From positions 1-56,682 of the IMG/VR virus record IMGVR_UViG_3300028780_000007: a stretch of DNA of 56,682 nucleotides; one strand, 5' to 3'. Within the stretch, counting starts at the first letter, position 1, and the number at the start of each line of letters is the position of its first letter. The position numbers were made by a program, and so were the translations under genes. This document shows, piece after piece, positions 35,131 through 42,925 of this stretch. The DNA is from a virus (lineage: Duplodnaviria; Caudoviricetes). The notes beneath the pieces were generated by a model. That model was not told where the DNA came from, did not search any database, and saw only the letters and a list, made by a program, of their open reading frames with translations.

Positions 35131-35203
35131 GCCGGCCTTGTCGTCTGGTGACGGCCCTCCCCTTACAAGGGAGTTAAGCAGGATTCGATTTCCTGGGTCG
35201 GTA
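35131..35203 (+). tRNA. tRNA-Val (TAC)
   Basis: Loop CTTACAA; no encoded CCA. Confidence 0.8.
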
Positions 35204-35204
35204 C

Positions 35205-35277
35205 GCCGGCATAGCTTAGTGACAAAGCATCGCATCGGTAATGCGACGACCTGAGTTTGATTCTCAGTGCTGGCTCC
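35205..35277 (+). tRNA. tRNA-Thr (GGT)
   Basis: Loop TCGGTAA (C33), ends TCC. Confidence 0.8.
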
Positions 35278-35351
35278 GGGAGTGTAATTCAGTGGAAGAA
35301 GCCCTCTCTCTTAAAGAGGAAACGAGTGTTCGATTCACTCCACTCCCACCA
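35278..35351 (+). tRNA. tRNA-Lys (CTT)
   Basis: Loop CTCTTAA, CCA. Confidence 0.85.
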
Positions 35352-35358
35352 AGTTTAT

Positions 35359-35434
35359 TGGGCAGTAGCATAATTGGTATTGCGTTCCGCTGTTACCGGA
35401 AAGGATGACCGTTCGAATCGGTCCTGCCCAGCCA
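35359..35434 (+). tRNA. tRNA-Asn (GTT)
   Basis: U1-A72, loop CTGTTAC, G73, CCA. Confidence 0.85.
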
Positions 35435-35463
35435 ATTTTGTTGATTGTGATCGAGGAGGAAAT

Positions 35464-35835
35464 ATGAAATCGAAATACAAGTCGTTGCTCGTGTTCTTCG
35501 GCTTCTTGCTGTTCGCAACGGTTTTGATGGCGCAGACAGCGCCATCGGCGCCGGCCGCTCCAACGCAGTCGATGGGCATTGCGCAGACTGTCATCGTTCT
35601 TGCTGGGGTGGTTGCCTCGATACTGCAAGGCGTGAAGCAACTGGTCCCGCAGATTAACGGGAAGGTTGCCATAGCCATCAGCATCGCCGCGTCGCTTGCA
35701 TTGGCTTATGCCGCCGCGCAGCCTGGGCAGGTGATCAGCATTCAATTTCTTATCACCACGCTCGGCACGGCGTTAGGCTCTAACGGCATTTACGATTTCT
35801 TGAAGAAACCAAAAGCGCCAGTACCAGCGGCGTAA
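35464..35835 (+). CDS. multi-pass membrane protein, holin-like
   Basis: GAGGAGG RBS; signal peptide plus about 3 TMs; ends GSNGIYDFLKK. Confidence 0.6.
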   Translation: MKSKYKSLLVFFGFLLFATVLMAQTAPSAPAAPTQSMGIAQTVIVLAGVVASILQGVKQLVPQINGKVAIAISIAASLALAYAAAQPGQVISIQFLITTLGTALGSNGIYDFLKKPKAPVPAA

Positions 35836-35861
35836 CCGGAGGTAGTCATGAGAGGTGACCG

Positions 35862-36047
35862 ATGATTTTGCTTATCATTGTGCTGATTCTGGTGTTCGGT
35901 GTGGGCGGCGGTTATTACGGCAATAGCCGCTGGGGAGCGCAGGGCGGGTTCGGGATGGGGCTGGGCACGATCCTGATAATCCTTTTGATTCTGTATCTGC
36001 TAGGTGCCTTTGGCGGCGGTGGCTTCGGGCACGGCAGATTGTTCTAA
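35862..36047 (+). CDS. DUF3309-like small membrane protein
   Basis: LILVFGVGGGYYGNSRWG...LGTILIILLILYLLG. Confidence 0.7.
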   Translation: MILLIIVLILVFGVGGGYYGNSRWGAQGGFGMGLGTILIILLILYLLGAFGGGGFGHGRLF

Positions 36048-36050
36048 GAG

Positions 36051-36176
36051 TGGCGCGTTCCGCGTGTTGACCCGAGCGCGGATTCACCGCGGGCTTAACA
36101 GCCCACATCGGGTCCAGAACGGGAAGCAGCTACCAAAAGTGCTGCGATGCGGCTAATACCGCCTAGCGGCGCGTCA
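36051..36176 (+). ncRNA. multibranch structured RNA candidate
   Basis: Closing stem TGGCGCGT/GCGCGTCA, nested GACCCGA/TCGGGTC and four hairpins. Confidence 0.55.
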
Positions 36177-36178
36177 AC

Positions 36179-36252
36179 GGGCGATTAATTTAGTGGGAAA
36201 AGATCGGGCTTTTACCCCGAGAACGAAGGTTCGATTCCTTCATCGCCCACCA
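36179..36252 (+). tRNA. tRNA-Lys (TTT)
   Basis: Loop CTTTTAC, CCA. Confidence 0.8.
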
Positions 36253-36253
36253 A

Positions 36254-36327
36254 GCGGGTGTCGTATAGTGGAATTACCCCTGTCTTCCAAACAGGTGACG
36301 AGTGTTCGATTCACTCCATCCGCTCCA
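36254..36327 (+). tRNA. tRNA-Gly (TCC)
   Basis: Loop CTTCCAA, U73, CCA. Confidence 0.9.
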
Positions 36328-36331
36328 TTTC

Positions 36332-36405
36332 GCCGATGTCGTCCAGTGGGAAGACGTCGATCTCGTACATCGAAGACGACTGTTCGATTCAGTCCATCGG
36401 CTCCA
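36332..36405 (+). tRNA. tRNA-Thr (CGT)
   Basis: Loop CTCGTAC, CCA. Confidence 0.85.
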
Positions 36406-36423
36406 ATTTCAGAAAGGATCGCC

Positions 36424-36834
36424 ATGACCGAAGCTCAAATCGAAGATGTCGGCGAAGCTTTGAACCGGCGCGTTCCGAAAAAATATCACGAGGGAGCTCC
36501 TCATCCGCGTCCAATTGGCAGGCCGTTTTTCACGGGTTTCAAAACCAATGTTCCCGCACAGAATTTGTCGGAGGAAGAAAACGCGAAGTTGGTGGCGGCC
36601 GTAGAAAAGCCCGGCGATTTAGGGTATGTGGCGCAATTTGTTTTTTACGCAAAGATTGCGGGGGGGCCGTTCTTTTACGTGAATCTTCCTAATATGAAGG
36701 GCGGCAGGTACGAGATCGGCGAAAGCTTCGACATCGGCGAGGAGCGAGTGCATTGCGATATCTCGCAGCGGGATTTAGAGTCGATGTTGGAAGCTGGCTA
36801 CAAAAAGATTTGTGAGATTTCTGGGGTTGTCTGA
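36424..36834 (+). CDS. hypothetical protein
   Basis: AAGGA RBS; start re-called at MTEAQ; stop lies inside the next tRNA. Confidence 0.6.
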   Translation: MTEAQIEDVGEALNRRVPKKYHEGAPHPRPIGRPFFTGFKTNVPAQNLSEEENAKLVAAVEKPGDLGYVAQFVFYAKIAGGPFFYVNLPNMKGGRYEIGESFDIGEERVHCDISQRDLESMLEAGYKKICEISGVV

Positions 36835-36896
36835 CAGTGGAAGTCAATCTCCCTCTCGAGGAGAAAACGCGGGTTCGATTCCCGCCAACCCTACCA
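36823..36896 (+). tRNA. tRNA-Glu (CTC)
   Basis: Loop CTCTCGA, CCA. Confidence 0.8.
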
Positions 36897-36900
36897 AGTT

Positions 36901-37000
36901 CGCGGCGAGGGGGATACCGTTTGAATATTTTTGGTGAATAAAACGGCCGCTTGGCGGATGTTACGGTCCAAGCGCGTACCGCCCTACTTAGCTCGCCGCG
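36901..37000 (+). ncRNA. three-way-junction structured RNA candidate
   Basis: CGCGGCGAG/CTCGCCGCG closing stem; hairpins CCGTTT/AAACGG and CGCTTGG/CCAAGCG. Confidence 0.55.
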
Positions 37001-37012
37001 ATTTAATTTCAC

Positions 37013-37087
37013 GCCGCCATAGCTCAATTGGTAGAGCCTCTCACTTGTAACGAGAAGACGAGGGATCGTAACCTTCTGGCGGCTCCA
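37013..37087 (+). tRNA. tRNA-Thr (TGT)
   Basis: Loop CTTGTAA, T-loop ATCGTAA, CCA. Confidence 0.85.
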
Positions 37088-37103
37088 GTTTTGAGGGGTT
37101 TAT

Positions 37104-37562
37104 ATGGCAGACGTAATTGAAATGCAGCCGAAACAAGAACGGCATTCGCTTGAGAAGAAACGGAATGACGGTTACGTGATCGTTGAGGAGGTCGTCGATG
37201 GTAAGACGACCGGCAAACGATTCCATTGCGAGCACAATGTCTTAGAAGTCGATGAGCGCCGCGGGGTGGTGATATGCAAGACCTGTGGTGACGAAATGTC
37301 TCCGCTTGAAGCTCTAAAGCTTCTCTATCGCACGATTTGGTGGGAAGAGAACACGCGCGAGCGGCAAATTGAGTACGATCAAAAGCGCGTTTCGAAGGTT
37401 CAAGTCGCGGCGCTTATTTGTCTTTACGAGGCCGGTGTGACGCCAGAGAAGTACGCCGAGCGGTGGAACAAAGAACACGCGCGCCGCGCTACGCTGGAAA
37501 TTGCGAAGGTTGCGGAGAAGCAAGTGGCGATTGACGGCGGGTCAGAAAAGCCAGTAGCCTAA
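37104..37562 (+). CDS. hypothetical protein with CxH...CxxC
   Basis: CEHNVLEVDERRGVVICKTCG; GAGG RBS. Confidence 0.65.
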   Translation: MADVIEMQPKQERHSLEKKRNDGYVIVEEVVDGKTTGKRFHCEHNVLEVDERRGVVICKTCGDEMSPLEALKLLYRTIWWEENTRERQIEYDQKRVSKVQVAALICLYEAGVTPEKYAERWNKEHARRATLEIAKVAEKQVAIDGGSEKPVA

Positions 37563-37603
37563 AAAAAGTTGCAAAACAGCAAGCGCTGTGCAATTCTCTT
37601 TTC

Positions 37604-37680
37604 GGGGTTATCGTCTAGACGGCCCAGGATCCAAGATTTTCACTCTTGAGACGCCGGTTCGAATCCGGCTAACCCTGCCA
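37604..37680 (+). tRNA. tRNA-Glu (TTC)
   Basis: Loop TTTTCAC, CCA. Confidence 0.9.
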
Positions 37681-37682
37681 AT

Positions 37683-37757
37683 GGGGGCGTAGTGACAAAG
37701 TGAACACGGCTCGCTTGCACCGAGCAAAAGCCCGTTAGAATCGGGTCGCCTCCACCA
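37683..37757 (+). tRNA. tRNA-Ala (TGC)
   Basis: G3:U70, loop CTTGCAC, CCA. Confidence 0.85.
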
Positions 37758-37865
37758 AGATCGACGCAGTATTTAGCGTCAACGAGCGAGGTCAAGTGCG
37801 ATGGTCGGGCGCGCACAGGGACCAATTTATCCGCTTCGGCCCGCTAGATTGTAGAAGGGGCGGAT

Positions 37866-38129
37866 ATGACAAATCTGAAGGGAGCTTTGCCGATGCCAGC
37901 GCCAGGATTTCAGGGAATCACGGAACAAAATTTGAAGAACTGGTTTACGTACCACAAGCCCACCGAGGGGCAGAACGAACAGTACCTTGCCATCCGCGAA
38001 GCGGCGCTTATTTTCGCGCGCACGATCGTGGCGAACACGCCAGTGAGCGCGGACCAGTCTTCTGCGATTCGGCATGTTCGTATGGCGACGATGGAAGCGA
38101 ATCAATCGATCGCTTGTGGCGGACACTAA
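37866..38129 (+). CDS. Acb2/Tad1-like helical hairpin protein
   Basis: NWFTYHKP...QYLAIREAA...PVSADQSSAIRHVRMATMEANQSIA; start could be 37893. Confidence 0.55.
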   Translation: MTNLKGALPMPAPGFQGITEQNLKNWFTYHKPTEGQNEQYLAIREAALIFARTIVANTPVSADQSSAIRHVRMATMEANQSIACGGH

Positions 38130-38136
38130 AAAGTTC

Positions 38137-38213
38137 GGAGGCGTAGAGGAGTGGCCGTCCTCGGCTCACTGTCTATGAGCAAACCGTGGGTTCGAATCCC
38201 ATCGTCTCCGCCA
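38137..38213 (+). tRNA. tRNA-Asp (GTC)
   Basis: Loop CTGTCTA, G73, CCA. Confidence 0.85.
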
Positions 38214-38215
38214 AT

Positions 38216-38291
38216 GGTAGATGAAGCCAAACGGTGCGGCGCCTGATTGTGGATCAGGTTCTAGTGGGTCCGACTCCCATCTTCTACCCCA
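38216..38291 (+). tRNA. tRNA-His (GTG)
   Basis: G-1:C73, loop TTGTGGA, CCA. Confidence 0.85.
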
Positions 38292-38297
38292 AGTTTC

Positions 38298-38373
38298 GGC
38301 GGAGTAGGGTAACGGCTATCCCACCTGCTTTGGGAGCAGGGAACTGCGAGTTCGAATCTCGCCTCTGCCACCA
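38298..38373 (+). tRNA. tRNA-Pro (TGG)
   Basis: Loop TTTGGGA, CCA. Confidence 0.85.
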
Positions 38374-38395
38374 ATTTCCACATACCACACAGAGA

Positions 38396-38480
38396 GGGGC
38401 AGGGAGGCGTAAAACCGCGGGCGAGAACCGAGGCGAAAGCCAAAGTACACCTGTTGGGTAGTGCGCGCCTCCCCAGTCCC
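38396..38480 (+). ncRNA. structured RNA candidate
   Basis: GGGAGGCG/CGCCTCCC closing stem, GGC-GAAA-GCC tetraloop hairpin. Confidence 0.5.
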
Positions 38481-38490
38481 GTTTAAGATT

Positions 38491-38565
38491 CGAGGCGTAG
38501 CGAAGAGGAAACGCGCAGCTTTCGGGAAGCTGAGATCGCCAGTTCGAGTCTGGCCGCCTCGACCA
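38491..38565 (+). tRNA. tRNA-Pro (CGG)
   Basis: C1-G72, loop TTCGGGA, CCA. Confidence 0.9.
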
Positions 38566-38584
38566 AATTGGAGGTTTCGATGTC

Positions 38585-39013
38585 ATGGCTTTTACGCGCA
38601 AAGAAATCCAGCTGAGATATAGACTCAGGCATCCTGGTTATTGGAAGAAAGATGCGGCGCGTGCGGCAAAATGGGCGCGAGACAATCCGGAATGGTTTAA
38701 AAACTATCGAAATACCCATAGAATTAAATTTCGCGAGTGGAGACGTAACAGTAAGATTAAACGAAAATACGGCATCAGTGCGGCTGAATATGGTTCTTTG
38801 TTGAAAGCGCAGAATAATATTTGCGCAGTATGTAAGAAGCCATTTGCAGGTAATCTTCGATGTGGCACCGATCCAGTTCTTGATCATCGGCATGGTGGCA
38901 AGATAAGAGAATTCATCCATCGCAAGTGCAATGTGGCGATTGGGTTTTTGTGTGATGATCCAGTGTTGTGTCGTTTGGCCGCTGAATATCTGGAAAAGCA
39001 CGCTAGCTTTTGA
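38585..39013 (+). CDS. endonuclease VII-like homing endonuclease
   Basis: KYGISAAEY...QNNICAVC...LDHRHGGKIREFIHRKCNVAIG. Confidence 0.85.
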   Translation: MAFTRKEIQLRYRLRHPGYWKKDAARAAKWARDNPEWFKNYRNTHRIKFREWRRNSKIKRKYGISAAEYGSLLKAQNNICAVCKKPFAGNLRCGTDPVLDHRHGGKIREFIHRKCNVAIGFLCDDPVLCRLAAEYLEKHASF

Positions 39014-39021
39014 TGATTTCA

Positions 39022-39151
39022 TGGGGTATCCCCCAGTCGAGCCAATGCTGTTGCGGTTGTAAAACAAAAAGAACTGACAACAAAATGGAACTACCTCTCG
39101 CGGCCTAACGGCTAGCGAGGCGCTTCCCGGTGAGCGAAATCACCGGGTTTT
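39022..39151 (+). ncRNA. tmRNA-like mRNA domain (pseudoknot, tag DNKMELPLAA, stop hairpin, terminator) without visible tRNA-like domain
   Basis: AAAAAGAACT then GAC AAC AAA ATG GAA CTA CCT CTC GCG GCC TAA (39076-39108); hairpin around the stop; terminator CCCGGTGA/TCACCGGG-TTTT. Confidence 0.6.
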
Positions 39152-39155
39152 CAAT

Positions 39156-39231
39156 TCCGGGGTCGTCTAATTCGACAGGATAATCGCCTCTGAAGCGATC
39201 GATAAAGGTTTGAATCCTTTCCCCGGAGCCA
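39156..39231 (+). tRNA. tRNA-Gln (CTG)
   Basis: U1-A72, loop CTCTGAA, G73, CCA. Confidence 0.85.
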
Positions 39232-39273
39232 AATCCCTTGCTGTCCATATATGGACAAGCGTAAACTCGCCGT

Positions 39274-39567
39274 ATGGCAGACCCAGTAATTGGCCAGCAG
39301 ATCCCGAATACACCGCAGCAGCGTGAGTACACTCAGCCTGGCGGCATAGGTACTCCGACCTTCCCGCAGCAAACCACCGACGAAATGAACGGCCGGTATT
39401 ATCCCGGCTGCGGCCATTCCATCACGGCGTACGATGTGCGCCAGCAAGGGATTGGCGACCCTCCTGTTTCTTCCGCGCTCGCGTGCTGTCCACTTTGCGG
39501 TTTCCTTCAGACGATCATCACACCGTATTCCGATTTCATTAACAGCGACACCATCTTTCTCGCATGA
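39274..39567 (+). CDS. hypothetical Zn-binding protein
   Basis: CGH...CCPLC. Confidence 0.6.
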   Translation: MADPVIGQQIPNTPQQREYTQPGGIGTPTFPQQTTDEMNGRYYPGCGHSITAYDVRQQGIGDPPVSSALACCPLCGFLQTIITPYSDFINSDTIFLA

Positions 39568-39766
39568 GCGAAATTTGCAAATGCGGGCATCACGTCGACG
39601 ACCATTTTGGAATGTGTGCGGTTCTTGGATGTCTGTGCGAGGAGTTTGATGCCTCTGACGGTTCTACCGAGGATGCGCGTATCGCTCTCGCGATTTCTGA
39701 GCAAGAAGAGCAATACTGGAAAGCTTGGCTGCGTGGCTAAGATTTCCAGGGCAGAGGGAAGGGAGT

Positions 39767-40393
39767 GTGGATCCGGCTGAACGTGAAGTGGTGCGGTGTC
39801 GGCTTTGCAAGTTGAACCAGTTCAAGCTCAATAGTGGGAAGTGTCGCCGCTGCAATTGCGTGCTTGTGCTGCCCGTTGTTACGCTCGCGGAGCGGGTGAT
39901 TCGGAAGCATATTTTCCCGTTGCAGTACGGGGATGCTGTTCGGCGAGTCACTTCGAATCTTAGAATAATTTTCTATATGTACGGCCTGGGAATGAACGGA
40001 GCGGCTTCGCTGATTGGAGTGAAGCGCAATTACGTTTATCGGGTCGAGAAGGGCTATTACAAGCTAAGGCTCGATTTTCTGTTCAAGGTGGCTGACGCCC
40101 TCGGGATCACAGTTCACGATATTTTGACGCTAAACATGTGCATCGTGAAAAACGATGAGTTCATGCGCGAGGTCGCCGGGCTGATACACAGAGTCGATCC
40201 GGCACAGTTCGTGAACATTCTCCGGTGTATGGACGACCTTCGGCAATTAGAAGGGCCGCGAAAGAGGAATACGCTTGCTGTTTTAAGGTTCCGTGTGTTA
40301 GAAAAGACGAAGGCCAATGAGCAAGCCAATTTCTCCCAAACACTTCCAGTCCAAATGCGAGCTCGCCGCGTCAGTGCTGCGGGACGAACCTGA
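39767..40393 (+). CDS. Zn-ribbon plus XRE-type HTH regulator
   Basis: CRLC...CRRC; AASLIGVKRNYVYRVEKG...FLFKVADALGITVHDIL. Confidence 0.7.
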   Translation: MDPAEREVVRCRLCKLNQFKLNSGKCRRCNCVLVLPVVTLAERVIRKHIFPLQYGDAVRRVTSNLRIIFYMYGLGMNGAASLIGVKRNYVYRVEKGYYKLRLDFLFKVADALGITVHDILTLNMCIVKNDEFMREVAGLIHRVDPAQFVNILRCMDDLRQLEGPRKRNTLAVLRFRVLEKTKANEQANFSQTLPVQMRARRVSAAGRT

Positions 40394-40634
40394 TATTACC
40401 TTCATCGTCTGCGCGTTTCCGAACGTGGAAGACAAGGGCAAACAATTCTCAATTGGCGGTATCTACACGAATTTGCATCGGCATACGGAGGACGAAGAGA
40501 CGGGGAAGTTGAAAATCGAGCCAGCGACGATCGGCGATTTTGTGGATTTGATGATTCGTTGTCGGCATCAGATTAAGCCGCAGGAAATAAACGTCGAGGA
40601 GTTTCGAGATCCTGAGTCAAAATTGAAACAGTGA
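40317..40634 (+). CDS. hypothetical protein
   Basis: 105 aa, operonic. Confidence 0.6.
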   Translation: MSKPISPKHFQSKCELAASVLRDEPDITFIVCAFPNVEDKGKQFSIGGIYTNLHRHTEDEETGKLKIEPATIGDFVDLMIRCRHQIKPQEINVEEFRDPESKLKQ

Positions 40635-40644
40635 AAGGGGAATT

Positions 40645-40959
40645 ATGTGGGATCAACAGATCCGATCAGTTGTTTGCAGTAATGTCGGGCATAAGTTTGA
40701 GACATTCGCCACTCATGTTTGGGATTCGAAGGCTGGATGTCTTGTTCCGACCGACCAGAAAATCATGTGTACGGCGTGCGGCGGAACACTTGAGGAATTG
40801 ATCAGGCCACTGAAGAAAACTCGCGTGGCGAAGCCGAGGACGACCGCGGTGCCAGCACAACAGGAAGCCCAGCCAGAAAACCAAGAAGCTCAAAGTTCAT
40901 TCGTCGCCCCACCGCCGTCCGGAACGGAAGAAAATCTCGAACAGCTTGACCAAAGTTAG
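40645..40959 (+). CDS. Zn-finger hypothetical protein
   Basis: CSNVGH...CTAC. Confidence 0.6.
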   Translation: MWDQQIRSVVCSNVGHKFETFATHVWDSKAGCLVPTDQKIMCTACGGTLEELIRPLKKTRVAKPRTTAVPAQQEAQPENQEAQSSFVAPPPSGTEENLEQLDQS

Positions 40960-40967
40960 GAGATCCA

Positions 40968-41279
40968 ATGTCCAAGGCTCCAGGTTTTGCCCCGATCAAG
41001 GTGCCGCTGATGATTTGCAGCGAGTGTGGCGATCAGATGCGGCTCGAGATCGAGTGTCAGAAGAACGGGAAAATTGTAGGCACAAAATATTACTGCGATG
41101 CGTGTGAGTACTGTTTTGTGGCCAGTTTCGATTACGCTTACGGCAGTACGTTCACGAATTTGTATCGGAAGCCACCAGAAGGATACAAGGCGCCGAATTT
41201 GCCGTGGATCCGGAAGGTGGATATCAGCGTCAGCCAGAAAGATGACAAGAAGGCGCTGGCCACAGTCCAGTCGAAGTAA
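40968..41279 (+). CDS. Zn-ribbon protein
   Basis: CSEC...CDAC; AGGAG RBS. Confidence 0.65.
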   Translation: MSKAPGFAPIKVPLMICSECGDQMRLEIECQKNGKIVGTKYYCDACEYCFVASFDYAYGSTFTNLYRKPPEGYKAPNLPWIRKVDISVSQKDDKKALATVQSK

Positions 41280-41548
41280 TGCTCGGTCTGGACATTCTCG
41301 ATGAGGACATCCATAACTTCAAGCGTGAGGGCGGCGCTGTTTTGATCATCGAGTCGGCTTTGGGTCGCGTGGCGATCGTTCCGGAACGTCGGCCGAAGCC
41401 GTTTTTCTTGGAAGCGGTCGAGTATGTTCCAGAGGAAGTGCGCGCGCTGCTTGATTTCGAGAGCCCGGACGTCGAGAAAGTTCATCGTTTCAAGGCCGTG
41501 TTTGGCGGCTGTTTAAGGCGGAAGGGAGAAGAAAGTGCCTCTCTGTGA
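41279..41548 (+). CDS. hypothetical protein
   Basis: TAATG-coupled start. Confidence 0.55.
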   Translation: MLGLDILDEDIHNFKREGGAVLIIESALGRVAIVPERRPKPFFLEAVEYVPEEVRALLDFESPDVEKVHRFKAVFGGCLRRKGEESASL

Positions 41549-41813
41549 CAGGAAGGGCCGGCCGTTCAAGGTTGGCCGGAAGGTTGTTCTTCACATCAAT
41601 CGATCGATCGAGGCCGAGATTACGGCCGTACATAATAGCGAAGGGCTTGTGATTCAGCGTGGCGACGATCAGGTTTTGCAGATCGCCAACATCATCATTC
41701 GGCCGAACGACATCATTTGTCCGCAGACGAATCCAGCTAGCCCGGTTTTCGACGGAATGTGGATTGTTGAAGATCCGGACAATCCCATTGTTCCGGCCAA
41801 GAAGGAAGGTTAA
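41535..41813 (+). CDS. hypothetical protein
   Basis: 92 aa, GGAG RBS. Confidence 0.55.
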   Translation: MPLCDRKGRPFKVGRKVVLHINRSIEAEITAVHNSEGLVIQRGDDQVLQIANIIIRPNDIICPQTNPASPVFDGMWIVEDPDNPIVPAKKEG

Positions 41814-42304
41814 TGGAAACCGCTCTTGGGGTTCTGCTTGGTTTTTGTATTGCCGCGCTCACGGCTTTCTGCGTGATTACGCTTCTTCAATTCAGTGCTG
41901 CGCGGAAGCAGATGGCTGTTCTCGCCGAGGAAACCAAGAAGACCAGAGAATCCCTTGAGGTTTTGCAACAAATTCCCGCAGCGGTTTCGACGTTACAGCA
42001 ATCCATTGCGCAGCTTTCGAGAGCCTTTGCTGCGTGCGAAAAGATGATCCCGCTTGGCGAGAAGATGTTTATTCAGATGGGGATTCTCGCCCAAGTGACC
42101 GGGAAATTCTATCTTGCTGTCGTCAAGGACGCTGGCGCCAAAAACGGCGGCGGAGATCAAAGCGATTTCCTTGCGTACGATGAAGCTAACGCTTACAGGA
42201 AAGAAGTGGAAGAGCTCGCCAAGAAAATGGGAGTCAAAGTCAACGAGGAGCCCGGCGAAGAAATTCCCTTGGAGAGCATGAAGGGCGCCGGCGAGTCATC
42301 GTAG
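41813..42304 (+). CDS. membrane-anchored coiled-coil protein
   Basis: N-terminal TM followed by a helical region. Confidence 0.6.
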   Translation: METALGVLLGFCIAALTAFCVITLLQFSAARKQMAVLAEETKKTRESLEVLQQIPAAVSTLQQSIAQLSRAFAACEKMIPLGEKMFIQMGILAQVTGKFYLAVVKDAGAKNGGGDQSDFLAYDEANAYRKEVEELAKKMGVKVNEEPGEEIPLESMKGAGESS

Positions 42305-42925
42305 ATGCGAGGAAAGGGCAGAACCGCGGTTACGACGAAGCGCGATGCGCTTGCGGTTCGTGACAAGATTCGCAACGTCGACAAAGAGCCGATTCATCGT
42401 TATCGGTTGACGCGCTTTCGGAATGGTTCGAAGCTCGACGCGATCGCCACGGAAGATAACTGTTCCATGGAGGATGTCAAGAAGTCGATCGCCATGGTGC
42501 AGACGCACGACGCGATATTCAGCGTTCCAGCGCTCGAGAATGCCGAAGTGAAGATGTTTTTGGATGTTTTGGAGTTGGAGCGCAAGGCGCTCGAGGGCGC
42601 GCTCACGGCCACAAAGAAGGTATTTGCGGAAGTCAGCGATCCGGATACAGGTGAAAAGACGTTGGAACTGGCGAGCGAGGAGCCAGATTACGATACTCAG
42701 CTTCGGTGTTTCGAGGCTAATACTGGTCGGATTGCCTCCATCATGGGGAAGAAGGACAAGGGGGCGCCGATCAATTTGGGCATTGGGGTGACGGTCAACA
42801 ACGAATCTTCATCTTCGAGAGACAGTTTCGAAAGCCGCTTGCGCGATATTCAGGCTCGACGTGCTGGCGGCGGAACTGTCATCGAAGCTACTGCGGTGGA
42901 GGGGGACGGCAACGAGTCTCCCTAG
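42305..42925 (+). CDS. putative terminase small subunit
   Basis: Directly upstream of the large subunit; N-terminal HTH-like segment. Confidence 0.5.
   Translation: MRGKGRTAVTTKRDALAVRDKIRNVDKEPIHRYRLTRFRNGSKLDAIATEDNCSMEDVKKSIAMVQTHDAIFSVPALENAEVKMFLDVLELERKALEGALTATKKVFAEVSDPDTGEKTLELASEEPDYDTQLRCFEANTGRIASIMGKKDKGAPINLGIGVTVNNESSSSRDSFESRLRDIQARRAGGGTVIEATAVEGDGNESP

Noticed and set aside
36108-36162. Resemblance to SRP RNA helix 8 (GGTCC...GGAAGCAGC) and 16S rRNA GCTAATACCGC
   Set aside because: Short matches only; no long SRP hairpin or rRNA context, and these bases pair elsewhere in the fold.
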